A DNA stretch of 64,000 nucleotides from Bacillota bacterium (GCA_050952625.1 JBMNLH010000001.1:1184001-1248000), one strand, 5' to 3'; counted from the stretch's first letter, positions 1 to 10,333 are shown. Notes: a model not told the origin generated them from the letters alone. Numbers and translations: made by a program.

Positions 1-507
1 GGAATCAGGCTATTTAGATTGAATAACCTACTACCGTTTGAACCTGAACCAAATCAGCTTGGTTTGCTTGGTGAAATCACAAAACTAGCTAAACCCTTAG
101 AATTGAATGAATGGTCGGAGACGAAACACGGCCTTATTGACCAAAATCAGTCGGAATTGTCCCCGATGATCAAAAAAATCGATCAACCCCTGAATTGCGT
201 TCCAATAGGAGGATCTCGGACTTTGGAACCACTAGAGTGGTCCCTGACTTTGTTATATCCGGAAAGTCCCTTAATTCCCAACTATACTGAGGGAGGAAGG
301 TCGGTTCAGTGGTATTTGCCGGAACAAAAGCTGGCGGTCGCCCGAAGGCTTGATAAGGACAGTAGTGCAACAAATGACAGAAAGTTTTGGCAACAAAGGG
401 GAATATCTTTAATCCTCCTGACAGAAGCTGAAATGCAGAATCATCAAGCTGTCCGCCGGCAGATTCGTCGGCAAAAACAGTCAGCTATGGCAGTTGGGAC
501 TAGATGA
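1..507 (+). CDS. Hypothetical protein, possibly 5'-truncated; C-terminus weakly resembles a degenerate DUF559/PD-(D/E)XK-like domain
   Basis: Frame is open from position 1. The C-terminal pattern (VQWYLPEQKLAV...RKFWQQRGISLILLTEAEM) resembles DUF559/Vsr-like folds, but the acidic catalytic residues are absent. Confidence 0.4.
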   Translation, partial: GIRLFRLNNLLPFEPEPNQLGLLGEITKLAKPLELNEWSETKHGLIDQNQSELSPMIKKIDQPLNCVPIGGSRTLEPLEWSLTLLYPESPLIPNYTEGGRSVQWYLPEQKLAVARRLDKDSSATNDRKFWQQRGISLILLTEAEMQNHQAVRRQIRRQKQSAMAVGTR

Positions 508-536
508 TTGACGCACGCTTTCGGGAATGTTAAAAT
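508..536 (+). promoter_or_regulatory. SigA promoter for the T-box leader
   Basis: TTGACG-17 nt-TAAAAT with extended -10 TG. Confidence 0.75.
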
Positions 537-600
537 TACATTCAACATACATTTTAGATTAACGGCTATTAAGATTATACTGTTATTGTTTATACTGATT

Positions 601-846
601 AGGCGATGACCGGAAAAGTAGCTGGAAACCTTCGTTTAGAGAGTCGGTGAGGGTGGGATACCGGCCGGAGGTCCCAGGGAAAGCCGCCCGGTAGCTGTTG
701 GTCGAAAGGATATGAATCTATCATTGTCTGAGTAGGTCCAACCGGTCCCTCCGTTAAGGGGAATTTGAGGTGGGCATTAGCCAATTAGGGTGGTACCGCG
801 AGAAAAGGTCTCTCGTCCCTTAGGGGAGAGACCTTTGCTTTATTTT
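601..846 (+). promoter_or_regulatory. T-box riboswitch, Ala-specific
   Basis: Stem I has GA, AGTA and AGAGAG motifs. Specifier loop GAAA-GCC-G (GCC=Ala, 683-685). T-box AATTAGGGTGGTACCGCG at 783-800. Terminator AAAGGTCTCTC/GAGAGACCTTT followed by a T-rich tail. Confidence 0.93.
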
Positions 847-872
847 ACATGCAGTAAAGCGCAAGGAGGAGG

Positions 873-1361
873 TTGACAGATTTGCGTGAGGTACTTGAAT
901 TATTGGAAGAAGATGGTCGAATGCGGCCGGAGGAAATCGCTGTTCGATTAGGTCGCGACGTTGACTGGGTAATCAGTACTCTCCGTCAATTAGAAGAAGA
1001 GAAGGTGATCCTGGGATATAAAGCTTTAGTCAATTGGGATCGGGTAGGAGGTAATGGGGTTACCGCGATAATTGACGTGAAAGTTACCCCAGAAAGAGAA
1101 GTCGGCTTTGATAAAGTGGCCGAGCGTATTTATCGGTTTCCCCAGGTCCGAAGTGTTTACCTGATGTCCGGTGCCTATGACCTCTCAGTTGTTATTGAAG
1201 GAAAAACCATGAAAGAAGTAGCTTTTTTCGTTGCCGAAAAATTAGCTACTTTGGAGTTCGTTCAGGGGACGACGACTCATTTCGTTTTAAAAAAGTATAA
1301 ACAAGACGGGGTTGTCTTTGAAGAAAGCGAAAAAGACTTTAGATTGGTGGTGACGCCATGA
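873..1361 (+). CDS. alaR: Lrp/AsnC family regulator (AlaR/YugG-like)
   Basis: N-terminal HTH, Lrp C-terminal motif (YLMSGAYDL), strong SD AGGAGGAGG; coupled to an aminotransferase behind an Ala T-box. Confidence 0.88.
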   Translation: MTDLREVLELLEEDGRMRPEEIAVRLGRDVDWVISTLRQLEEEKVILGYKALVNWDRVGGNGVTAIIDVKVTPEREVGFDKVAERIYRFPQVRSVYLMSGAYDLSVVIEGKTMKEVAFFVAEKLATLEFVQGTTTHFVLKKYKQDGVVFEESEKDFRLVVTP

Positions 1362-2608
1362 CTGCTTTGAGTTCAAACTTAAAACTTGAAGACCGAATTT
1401 CTGGCGACTCAGTTAGATCCATTCCGGCTGATACCCCGGGCAAGTGGGATCCGGCAAACTGTGTTTCTCAGATCGTGCGGGATATTCCCCCTTCTGGCAT
1501 TCGAAAGTTTTTTGACCTCGTCTCACAGACCAAAGGAGTTATCTCTTTAGGAGTAGGCGAACCGGACTTTGTTACTCCCTGGCATGTTCGAGAAGCTTCG
1601 GTATATTACCTGGAAAAAGGACACACCAGTTATACTTCTAACTGGGGAATGCCCGAACTAAGAGAAGAGATTGTACGTTACCTTTACCGTCGTTTTGGAC
1701 TTAACTATCAACCTAATAATCAAATCCTAGCCACTGTGGGCGTAAGTGAGGCAGTCGATTTAGCCCTGAGAACGGTAATCTGTCGTGGCGACGAGGTATT
1801 AATTCCAGAGCCGTGCTTTGTTTCTTATCGACCATGTGTTGAATTGGCTGGCGGTATCCCCGTGGGAGTACCGACCAAAGCTGAGGATGAATTTAGGCTC
1901 ACCGCAGAAGCTCTTCGGGCTGCCCTTACTCCCAGAAGCAAAGTACTGGTACTTGCGTTTCCCAGTAATCCTACTGGCGCAGTTATGCGGCGGGAACACC
2001 TGGAAGCAATAGCGGAGGTAGTAAGGAAGCATAATCTACTTGTTATTTCTGATGAGATTTACGCCGAACTTACCTATGAAGGCAAACATGTTTCGATCGC
2101 TGGTTTGGAAGGTATGGCAGATCGAGTGATTGTGATGAATGGATTTTCTAAGGCATTTGCGATGACTGGCTGGCGTTTGGGCTATGCTGCTGGACCGGCA
2201 CCAATTATCGAAGCAATGTGTAAAATTCACCAGTATACGATCATGTGTGCACCCACCCAAGCTCAACGAGCCGGTATTGAGGCCTTGCGCAACGGTGAAC
2301 CCGAGATGCAGCGAATGATCCGATCATACGATCAACGGCGTCGGATGATGTATCGCGGCTTACAGAATTTAGGCTTAGAATGTTTTGAGCCACAAGGTGC
2401 TTTTTATGTATTTCCTTCGATAAAAAAGACCGGTCTTTCTAGTGAGGAATTTTCAGAAAGATTGCTAATGGAAGAAAAAGTAGCCGTAGTTCCAGGGAAT
2501 GCCTTTGGCCAATGCGGAGAGGGGTATATTCGTTGCTGCTATGCTGCTTCGGCCCAGGATATTGAACAAGCACTTCAAAGAATAGACCGTTTTATCAATC
2601 GACTTTAA
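1358..2608 (+). CDS. alaT: PLP-dependent class I/II aminotransferase (AlaT/YugH-like)
   Basis: GEPDF, PSNPTG, DEIY and GFSKAFAMTGWRLG motifs; ATGA overlap with the upstream gene. Confidence 0.88.
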   Translation: MTALSSNLKLEDRISGDSVRSIPADTPGKWDPANCVSQIVRDIPPSGIRKFFDLVSQTKGVISLGVGEPDFVTPWHVREASVYYLEKGHTSYTSNWGMPELREEIVRYLYRRFGLNYQPNNQILATVGVSEAVDLALRTVICRGDEVLIPEPCFVSYRPCVELAGGIPVGVPTKAEDEFRLTAEALRAALTPRSKVLVLAFPSNPTGAVMRREHLEAIAEVVRKHNLLVISDEIYAELTYEGKHVSIAGLEGMADRVIVMNGFSKAFAMTGWRLGYAAGPAPIIEAMCKIHQYTIMCAPTQAQRAGIEALRNGEPEMQRMIRSYDQRRRMMYRGLQNLGLECFEPQGAFYVFPSIKKTGLSSEEFSERLLMEEKVAVVPGNAFGQCGEGYIRCCYAASAQDIEQALQRIDRFINRL

Positions 2609-2694
2609 AGGTAATGTCAAATATAAAAAATGGAGAAAAAAGTCGAATAGCTTTGAAAACTAGAAGAAAATTCTAAGCAATCCTCTTTTTTGGG

Positions 2695-2723
2695 GGCAGG
2701 ATTTATGTTTCCAAACGTCGAAG
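2695..2723 (+). promoter_or_regulatory. SigH-like promoter
   Basis: GCAGGA-TTT..18 nt..GTCGAAG. Confidence 0.55.
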
Positions 2724-2850
2724 TACTAGAATACCGAATAAACTTAGAATGGCGGAAAACCGCCATTTTTGGTTTTAACAAAATACATCCAGTAAAAGTA
2801 ATTATAACAAACGCTTGGAAACAAATGCTTCCCATGAGGAGGAGAAACAA

Positions 2851-3324
2851 ATGGGTGGTTTTACTTTATCAGAAATGCAGGTTATTAATCAGTATGTCCT
2901 ATTAACTCCTGAAGCCCGAAAGCAACTTCAATCTTATTTAGAATTTCTAGTCGTTCAACAATGTCAGCGCGAGTTGTCAAATCAACTGCTGCATAATCAA
3001 TGGTTTTATAATAATCTATTAGGTCTTCAACGTCTTTCGGAAACCTCAGATAACTATTGCCATGAAGTGATGGACAGGGTGCACCGGATTAGGAGTATTT
3101 GTCAGGGGGTTTTCGAACACCTCTTTGATAAATATTCACCGGTTTTAAATAGTTGTGCGGTTTTTGACGGTGTTTTAGACTGGATTCTTATCGGACTGAA
3201 TAACATCACTGAGGCCGCCTGTTCTGGGAATTCAGAACGAACCCGGAAAGAAATCATTGATCTTATAGAAGTTCATAAAACCTTAACCCGGAGCCATCCG
3301 AAGACCAGAGTTCGGGCTATCTGA
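2851..3324 (+). CDS. Hypothetical helical protein
   Basis: AGGAGG SD before ATG 2851 (preferred over TTG 2815); no family recognised. Confidence 0.65.
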   Translation: MGGFTLSEMQVINQYVLLTPEARKQLQSYLEFLVVQQCQRELSNQLLHNQWFYNNLLGLQRLSETSDNYCHEVMDRVHRIRSICQGVFEHLFDKYSPVLNSCAVFDGVLDWILIGLNNITEAACSGNSERTRKEIIDLIEVHKTLTRSHPKTRVRAI

Positions 3325-3367
3325 AATTAACGGGGACAAACTGGGGCAAATTTAAGGGGGTACAATT

Positions 3368-4975
3368 GTGAAAATTCAGTTCTTGGGAGCTGCTCGGACC
3401 GTTACTGGGTCTTGCTTTTTGTTGGAAACTAAGCAGTCAAAGTTTTTAGTAGATTGCGGGATGTTTCAGGGTTCTAAAGCCTTAAAAGAACGAAATTATG
3501 GTAGTTTCACGTTCGACCCAACCCAAATAGATTTCGTGCTTTTGAGTCATGCTCACATTGATCATTCCGGGATGATCCCCAAACTATACCGTCACGGATT
3601 TCGAGGACCAATTTATAGTACAGCGGCTACAGCCGATTTATGTGAAGTCATGTTGCCGGACAGTGCCCATATTCAGGAGATGGAGGTTGAACGGAAAAAT
3701 CGCAAATTTAGTCGCGCCGGTAAACCACTGATCACACCCATCTATACAACTGAAGATGCTGAGGGATGTGTCAAATTGTTTAGCCGGGCCAGTTATGGTG
3801 AGACCCTAACAATATCTCCCGAAATTACGGTGCGCTTTCAGGATGCGGGACACATTCTAGGTTCATCCTTAATCGAAATCTGGATCAACGAGGACGGTCA
3901 AGAGACTAAACTAGTCTTTAGTGGTGATGTGGGTAATTATAACCGACCATTAATGAAGGACCCAACAATAATTGAAAGTGCTGACTACCTGTTTCTAGAG
4001 TCAACTTACGGTGACCGGCAGCACCAAACGATTGCCAATACCAAAGAACAATTCCGGGATATTATTGTACGGACTATTGGTCGTAAAGGCAATGTGATTA
4101 TCCCGGCTTTCGCCGTTGAACGAACCCAAGATCTGATCTATACCCTGGGTTTGCTGGTTCGAGAAAAGGCGATTCCTCCGGTGCCGATTATCATTGATAG
4201 TCCACTGGCCATCCGCACGACTGAAATTTTTCGGCGACATCTGAAGGATATGGATTCAGAAACCCAGGATTTGCTGAAAGACGGGCATAACCCATTTGAA
4301 ATCCCTGGTTTAAGATACTCAATGACCGCGGATGAATCGCGGGCTTTAAACACTCTAAAAGGCGGGGCAATAATTATTTCGGCTAGCGGCATGGCCGACG
4401 CCGGCCGAATCAAACATCATTTGAAACATAATCTGTGGCGTCCAGAATCATCAGTCATCTTTGTGGGCTACCAAGCGGAAGGAACTTTAGGCCGCCGCCT
4501 GCTTAACGGAGAGAAACTGGTTCGTATTCATGGTGAAGAGATTATGACTCGGGCGGAAATTTATAACTTAGATGGATTTTCCGGTCATTCGGATCAAGAA
4601 AACCTTTTACGTTGGATAAAACGATTCCGAGTTGGTCCGGGCTGTATCTTCCTGGTCCATGGCGAGGAGGCTTCTTGTGAGAATTTAGCGCAAAGAATTA
4701 CCCAGGAGACTGGTCTGCGGACCCGGATCCCCTACTGGCTGGAGATAGCTGAACTTCCTCCTATTACTGAAAGAATCGCTGTGCCGGAGATTGAAAAACC
4801 AGTTTCTATTGAAGAAGATCTGTGTCTTCGGGTTGAGCGGGAGTACTTCAAACTGCGTTTAAAAATCAGAGAATTGGTGGAAAAAGGAATTGATGACCAA
4901 AACTACGATTTAGTTCTTAAGCAATTGAGGGAGTTGGAGAAGCAGGTTCATACCTGCTCACTTGTCGGAGCTTAG
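3368..4975 (+). CDS. MBL-fold beta-CASP ribonuclease (CPSF-like)
   Basis: SHAHIDHSG, AGHILGS, SGD, ESTYGDR, FSGHSD and VHGE motifs. Confidence 0.92.
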   Translation: MKIQFLGAARTVTGSCFLLETKQSKFLVDCGMFQGSKALKERNYGSFTFDPTQIDFVLLSHAHIDHSGMIPKLYRHGFRGPIYSTAATADLCEVMLPDSAHIQEMEVERKNRKFSRAGKPLITPIYTTEDAEGCVKLFSRASYGETLTISPEITVRFQDAGHILGSSLIEIWINEDGQETKLVFSGDVGNYNRPLMKDPTIIESADYLFLESTYGDRQHQTIANTKEQFRDIIVRTIGRKGNVIIPAFAVERTQDLIYTLGLLVREKAIPPVPIIIDSPLAIRTTEIFRRHLKDMDSETQDLLKDGHNPFEIPGLRYSMTADESRALNTLKGGAIIISASGMADAGRIKHHLKHNLWRPESSVIFVGYQAEGTLGRRLLNGEKLVRIHGEEIMTRAEIYNLDGFSGHSDQENLLRWIKRFRVGPGCIFLVHGEEASCENLAQRITQETGLRTRIPYWLEIAELPPITERIAVPEIEKPVSIEEDLCLRVEREYFKLRLKIRELVEKGIDDQNYDLVLKQLRELEKQVHTCSLVGA

Positions 4976-5202
4976 AAGGATTGACCTGGTATAAGAATAG
5001 AGCTTAGTTTTTGTTTTTCGACTTTTTTGACTCCTGCCTAGCAGTCTATGCGTATACTGTTCAAAAATTAATAATCCTGTTGAATATTGAGGATGCTTTC
5101 ATGGCAAGGACTTAAAAGGTCTTTTAGCTTACTAGGAAAAAACCCAGTCGGGTGATATAATGAGCCAGTGCTATTCTAATCAGGTGAAAGGACTGGTCGG
5201 GT

Positions 5203-6039
5203 TTGGCAAACAGGACCAATTTGATAGCAGAATTTGGCCGGGATTTGCTTGCCCAAGGCTATACCAGTATTCCTAATTTACTTCTTCGTTCTTATCAGAG
5301 TATGGGCATTAACGATCAAGAATTAGTGTTATTACTGCACATAATTTATCTTCAATCAGCTGAAAACAATCGATATCCAACGGTGGAGCACTTTGAGTCG
5401 CTAATGAGTGCGCCACCTTCTACCATAGAAGATTGTTTGAACCAACTTTTGGAGAAAAAAGTCCTAGCAATTGACCAATATTTAGATCCGGTAACCTTGG
5501 AGTATCAACCAGTCTATAACCTAGAAGGTTTGTTTGATAAGCTGGCTGAAGTATGGGCGATCGAAAAGAACAAAGAATATATAGAGCAGCAACAATTGTT
5601 GCAAACTAGACGAGAGAGGAATCAAAGAGCGGTTAATGTTAGGGGAATTAAACAGCTCCCGGTATCAGCCGCCAACACTATCTCAGAAACAGTAGCACGA
5701 GTTTATAAAGTCTTTGAAAGTGAGTTTGGACGGCCCCTAACACCAATGGAAGGCGAATCAATTATCAGTTGGTGTGATCAATTACCGGCTGAACTAGTAA
5801 TTGAAGCTCTTAGAATTTCAGTTATTCAGGGGACCTTCAATTTGCGCTACATCGAACGTATTTTACAGGATTGGCGACAAAAGAATGTTCGTACTTTAAA
5901 TGAGGTCAGGAAATTGGAAGAAAGCTTCGCGGAGAAAAGGGTTTATGCCGGGAGAACACGCAACCGGAGCATCCGTAATGAATCCAAGAATCAATCTCCA
6001 GCTCGAGAAGATAAATATCGGGATCTTTACGTTACTTAG
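5203..6039 (+). CDS. dnaD: DnaD-domain replication protein
   Basis: N-terminal winged-helix region plus FESEFGRPLTP and YIERILQDW DnaD motifs. Confidence 0.88.
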   Translation: MANRTNLIAEFGRDLLAQGYTSIPNLLLRSYQSMGINDQELVLLLHIIYLQSAENNRYPTVEHFESLMSAPPSTIEDCLNQLLEKKVLAIDQYLDPVTLEYQPVYNLEGLFDKLAEVWAIEKNKEYIEQQQLLQTRRERNQRAVNVRGIKQLPVSAANTISETVARVYKVFESEFGRPLTPMEGESIISWCDQLPAELVIEALRISVIQGTFNLRYIERILQDWRQKNVRTLNEVRKLEESFAEKRVYAGRTRNRSIRNESKNQSPAREDKYRDLYVT

Positions 6040-6041
6040 GA

Positions 6042-6830
6042 GTGACCTTGATGGTTAAGTCGAGTCAGTGCCCTATATGCCACGATCGAGGTCTGAGGTT
6101 GTTGGAAACGGGAGCGGTTCCATGTCTGTGTATCCAAGAACGTAATAGAATGCGCCTTCGACAGAAAGCGGGCCTTACTCCTGGGATGGAAGAATTCACC
6201 TTCCGAAATTTTTCTCTTGATTATTATTCCAAACAACTCTGTCACCCGGATAAATATATTTCTTATTACCAAGGAGCTAGACAAGCAGTTCAGGCCGCTG
6301 AGGCTTTTGTGCAGGAATTCCTGAAGGATGCGCACACCAGCGGCCTTATGTTTGTTGGTCCGATTGGTAGTGGAAAAACTTTTCTAGCAGCAGCCATCTG
6401 CAATGCATTAATAGATGTCGGAGTAAAGGTCCAGTTTGTTGTTGTTCCAGATTTATTAGACGAACTTAGGGCAAGTTATCGTCGGCCCTATTGGGTTTCA
6501 AATCGAGATGAGAACCGGTCTGAAGATTGGGGAAACGAACCATTGATAGAACGAGTATTAAAAGTCCCCCTGCTGGTATTAGACGATTTAGGGGCACATA
6601 ATTATACTGACTGGACCCGTAATACGATCTATAGTTTACTTAACTATCGGATGAACTATCGTTTACCGGTAGTTATTACCACCAATTTGGGTTTAAATGA
6701 ATTAGACGGATTCCTTGGCGAAAGAACAACCTCTCGGATTATCTATTTATGCCGTTCCTTCCGTTTGATGGTAGAAAAAGACATCCGGCACATAAAGAGT
6801 CAGGAGAGGGAGGGCAGATACCGACGCTAA
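6042..6830 (+). CDS. DnaI/DnaC-like helicase-loader AAA+ ATPase
   Basis: CPIC..CLC Zn motif, Walker A GPIGSGKT, Walker B LLVLDDLG, ITTN; lies directly after dnaD. Confidence 0.85.
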   Translation: MTLMVKSSQCPICHDRGLRLLETGAVPCLCIQERNRMRLRQKAGLTPGMEEFTFRNFSLDYYSKQLCHPDKYISYYQGARQAVQAAEAFVQEFLKDAHTSGLMFVGPIGSGKTFLAAAICNALIDVGVKVQFVVVPDLLDELRASYRRPYWVSNRDENRSEDWGNEPLIERVLKVPLLVLDDLGAHNYTDWTRNTIYSLLNYRMNYRLPVVITTNLGLNELDGFLGERTTSRIIYLCRSFRLMVEKDIRHIKSQEREGRYRR

Positions 6831-6940
6831 TTATTCTATTTTTATTAAGAATATCGTCGGGAGGAGACTGCACTCTTTTTTATTGAAGCTTTACCATGAA
6901 GCGCATATCAAAACTATCAATACTGAAGGAGGAGTTATTA

Positions 6941-7789
6941 ATGGAATTATGGTTGGTTGAACAACACACCCCTGGATACAGTGTAAATTGGAAACTGCGA
7001 CGAACGATTTATACTGAAAAGACACCCTACCAGGAGTTAGCGATAGTCGAGACCGTAGATTTTGGTCGGGCCTTGATTTTAGACGGTATCGTTCAGGTTA
7101 CCTTGGATGATGAATTTATTTATCATGAGATGATAACTCATGTGCCACTATTTACTCATCCGAATCCCAGGGATGTTTTAGTAATCGGTGGCGGAGACGG
7201 GGCAACCGTACGGGAAATTTTGAAACACCCTCAAACCAACGTTGATTTAGTTGAAATTGATGAACGGGTTATTAATGCGAGTCGTCAATATTTACCTGAG
7301 ATAGGCAAAGCAATGGATGATCCCCGAGTCAGGATTCTGATTGACGATGGAATTAAATATGTCAAACAAACTGATAAAAAATATGATGTTATTCTGATTG
7401 ACTCATCCGACCCTATCGGACCAGCTACTGGTTTGTTTGGTCGAGAGTTTTATCAAGATGTCTACCGAGTGCTGAATGATGATGGTTTGATGGTGGCTCA
7501 AACTGAATCACCGCTTTTCAACAAGGAACTTTTGGCCGGCGTTTATCAAAACCTATCTGAAATATTTCCGCTTTCCCGAGTCTACTTGACCTGTATCCCT
7601 ACTTATATAGCGGGATTCTGGACTTTCTCGTTGGCCTCTAAAAAGTACGACCCTCTTCAACCAGATGTTTCCTCTAAGGGTTTGTCAGGTATGGATTTAC
7701 GATATTATACACCGGCTGTACATCAGGCTGCCTTTGTTTTGCCGCGTTTTGTTCAGGAAGTATTGGATGGGGGAAAAAGTACCCGGTAA
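6941..7789 (+). CDS. speE: Spermidine synthase / polyamine aminopropyltransferase
   Basis: LDG..Q, YHEM, VIGGGDG, VEID and DSSDP motifs; SD AGGAGG before ATG 6941. Confidence 0.93.
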   Translation: MELWLVEQHTPGYSVNWKLRRTIYTEKTPYQELAIVETVDFGRALILDGIVQVTLDDEFIYHEMITHVPLFTHPNPRDVLVIGGGDGATVREILKHPQTNVDLVEIDERVINASRQYLPEIGKAMDDPRVRILIDDGIKYVKQTDKKYDVILIDSSDPIGPATGLFGREFYQDVYRVLNDDGLMVAQTESPLFNKELLAGVYQNLSEIFPLSRVYLTCIPTYIAGFWTFSLASKKYDPLQPDVSSKGLSGMDLRYYTPAVHQAAFVLPRFVQEVLDGGKSTR

Positions 7790-7831
7790 ATATTACCCAA
7801 ATATCAAATTACGGTGTAATGCGACAGAAAA

Positions 7832-7858
7832 AGAGGAAATGAAGCAACTTTGTTGAAT
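7832..7858 (+). promoter_or_regulatory. SigH-like promoter upstream of iorA
   Basis: AGAGGA-AAT..17 nt..GAAT. Confidence 0.55.
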
Positions 7859-7904
7859 ATAAACTATTTACTGATTTGAAATAAATGATAGAAGGGGGAC
7901 ATCC

Positions 7905-9650
7905 ATGGTTGACCTGCTTTTAGGAAATGAGGCTCTTGCTTTGGGGGCTTATGAAGCCGGAGTCAGGGTTGCGACTGCTTATCCGGGTACCCCAAGTACA
8001 GAAATCATTGAGAACTGTTCTCGATATCCTGAGATTTATACGGAATGGTCACCAAATGAAAAGGTAGCTTTCGAGGTAGCTGTTGGTTCTTCAATCGGAG
8101 GCGCGCGAACCCTGGTGGCTATGAAACATGTTGGAGTTAATGTCGCGGCCGATCCACTTTTTACCTTTTCCTACGTCGGGGTAAATGGTGGGTTAGTCCT
8201 GGTGACAGCCGATGATCCTGGGATGCACAGCTCCCAAAACGAGCAAGATAACCGGGGATACGCCCGGATGGCTAAGATACCAATGCTTGAACCATCTGAT
8301 AGCCAGGAAATCAGAGATCTGGTGCCGATAGCTTTTGAAATAAGCGAGACCTATGACACACCAGTTATTTTGCGTCTAACTACTCGATTGGCCCATTCTA
8401 TGAGTTTAGTAGACTCCTCCAAAAATCGGGTAGATTTAGCGGTACGGCCATATATCAAAGATGCGCCCAAGTACGTTATGTTACCGGGTCATGCGCGAGC
8501 CCGGCACATCAAGGTTGAAGAACGAATGTCTGCCTTGAGGGAATACTCCGAAGTTAGCCAGTTGAACCGGATCGAGTGGGGAAATCGGCAGATAGGGATT
8601 ATTGCCAGCGGAGTAGTCTACCAATATGCCCGGGAGGTTTTGCCGGAAGCCTCATTCTTGAAACTAGGGATGACAAACCCTCTTCCGCGCAGAATGATCG
8701 AGGAATTTGTTAATGGAGTGGAAAAGGCTTACGTAATCGAGGAATTAGAGCCAATTATGGAAGAACAAATCCGCTCCTGGGGACTTTCGGTTATCGGTAA
8801 GGAGATATTCCCTAGAGTAGGGGAAATTAGCCCGGAATTAATTGCAGAAAAAATTTTGGATTGTAAAGCAACCTCAGGTTATAGTATCGCCGAGATCATT
8901 CCCGGCCGGCCGCCGGTCATGTGTCCTGGTTGCCCGCATCGGGGAATGTTTTTTCAACTAAACCGCATGAAGCTTACCGTTTGCGGTGATATCGGCTGCT
9001 ACACCCTAGGGGCATTGCCGCCTTTATCAGGGATGGATTGCTGCGTGTGCATGGGAGCCAGTATCGGAATGGCTTTAGGCATGGAAAAAGCCCGGGGCCG
9101 GGAATTTGCCCGCAAAACAGTGGCTGTTATTGGCGATTCTACTTTTATTCATTCCGGGATTACCCCACTGATTGATATAGTATACAATCAAGGTACAACC
9201 ACGGTCATAATTCTAGATAATGGGACTACGGCCATGACCGGCCACCAGGACCATCCAGCTACTGGGTATAATGTCTGCGGACAGCCAGCACCAAAAATTG
9301 ACTTGGAAGCCTTGGTCCGAGCAATCGGAATTGAACGGGTTCGCGTAGTTGATCCATTAGATTTAAAACAAACCCGGCAGGTTCTGAAAGAAGAACTGGC
9401 CGTTGAAGCACCTTCGGTAATAATTTCCCGCCGGCTGTGTGTTTTAAGGGATAAACCGAGCGGAGAGTTATACCAGGTAGATAAGGATAAGTGTACTGGT
9501 TGCCGGGTATGTCTACGGACCGGCTGTCCCGGCTTAGAGTTCCGGGAAGAGAAGGTAATAGTCAATTCTCTGCAGTGTAGCGGCTGTGGTTTATGTGCCC
9601 AGGTATGTGCATTTGAGGCGATTGAAAAGGCAGGTGACTCCCATGCATGA
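7905..9650 (+). CDS. iorA: Indolepyruvate:ferredoxin oxidoreductase alpha subunit
   Basis: YPGTPS, NEKVA, MKHVG, CPGCPH, GDIGC, GDSTF and a C-terminal 2x[4Fe-4S] domain. Confidence 0.95.
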   Translation: MVDLLLGNEALALGAYEAGVRVATAYPGTPSTEIIENCSRYPEIYTEWSPNEKVAFEVAVGSSIGGARTLVAMKHVGVNVAADPLFTFSYVGVNGGLVLVTADDPGMHSSQNEQDNRGYARMAKIPMLEPSDSQEIRDLVPIAFEISETYDTPVILRLTTRLAHSMSLVDSSKNRVDLAVRPYIKDAPKYVMLPGHARARHIKVEERMSALREYSEVSQLNRIEWGNRQIGIIASGVVYQYAREVLPEASFLKLGMTNPLPRRMIEEFVNGVEKAYVIEELEPIMEEQIRSWGLSVIGKEIFPRVGEISPELIAEKILDCKATSGYSIAEIIPGRPPVMCPGCPHRGMFFQLNRMKLTVCGDIGCYTLGALPPLSGMDCCVCMGASIGMALGMEKARGREFARKTVAVIGDSTFIHSGITPLIDIVYNQGTTTVIILDNGTTAMTGHQDHPATGYNVCGQPAPKIDLEALVRAIGIERVRVVDPLDLKQTRQVLKEELAVEAPSVIISRRLCVLRDKPSGELYQVDKDKCTGCRVCLRTGCPGLEFREEKVIVNSLQCSGCGLCAQVCAFEAIEKAGDSHA

Positions 9651-10239
9651 GGTGAAAACCCCTTTAACTAATGTATTGATCGTAGGAGTAGGCGGACAGG
9701 GAACCTTGCTAGCCAGCCGGGTCCTAGCTCAAGCAGCTGTTGCCGGCGGATTTGATGTTAAGGTTTCTGAGATTCATGGAATGGCGCAGCGGGGCGGCAG
9801 TGTTGTAACTGAGGTGCGGTTTGGCTCAAAAGTATATTCTCCGCTGATTCAGATTGGCCAGGCTGATTATATTTTGGCTTTTGAAAAGCTGGAAGCCTTG
9901 CGTTGGCTGCCCTATCTTAAGTCAGGTGGCGGGTTGATTGTTAATGACCAATCGATTGATCCTCTGCCGGTCCTAACTGGTACCGCTAAATACCCGGCAG
10001 ACATTTCCCAGAAGATTCAGGCAGTGGTTGAAAAATCGATTATTGTCGACGCAGCGAGGATTGCTTCAGAATTGGGAAATGTTAAAGCGACTAATATAGT
10101 CTTACTGGGTATTTTAGCCGGTTTTTTAGATCTACCGTTAACGGTTTGGGATAAGGCTTTGGAAAAAGCGGTTCCAACCAAGGTTTTAGCCCTTAACCGG
10201 GATGCTTTCCAACAGGGTTTAGCTTTGGTAAAAAAGTAG
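9643..10239 (+). CDS. iorB: Indolepyruvate:ferredoxin oxidoreductase beta subunit
   Basis: GVGGQG and HGMAQRGGSV motifs; overlaps the iorA stop. Confidence 0.95.
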   Translation: MHEVKTPLTNVLIVGVGGQGTLLASRVLAQAAVAGGFDVKVSEIHGMAQRGGSVVTEVRFGSKVYSPLIQIGQADYILAFEKLEALRWLPYLKSGGGLIVNDQSIDPLPVLTGTAKYPADISQKIQAVVEKSIIVDAARIASELGNVKATNIVLLGILAGFLDLPLTVWDKALEKAVPTKVLALNRDAFQQGLALVKK

Positions 10240-10333
10240 ATATCTGACGAGTTAAACACAAGTGTTAGTTATTTTTAGATTTTTTGATCTTTGAATACGG
10301 TAAGAAAAGGTTAAGTTAGGGAGGTGCGCAAAA

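Noticed and set aside
4975-4998. GAAGGA..GAAT as a SigH promoter
   Set aside because: Spacer is 14 nt rather than 17-18
5203-6830. DnaD plus IstB-like ATPase as a prophage or IS21 module
   Set aside because: No integrase, IstA transposase, terminal repeats or phage genes nearby; flanked by housekeeping genes, so read as the host primosome pair
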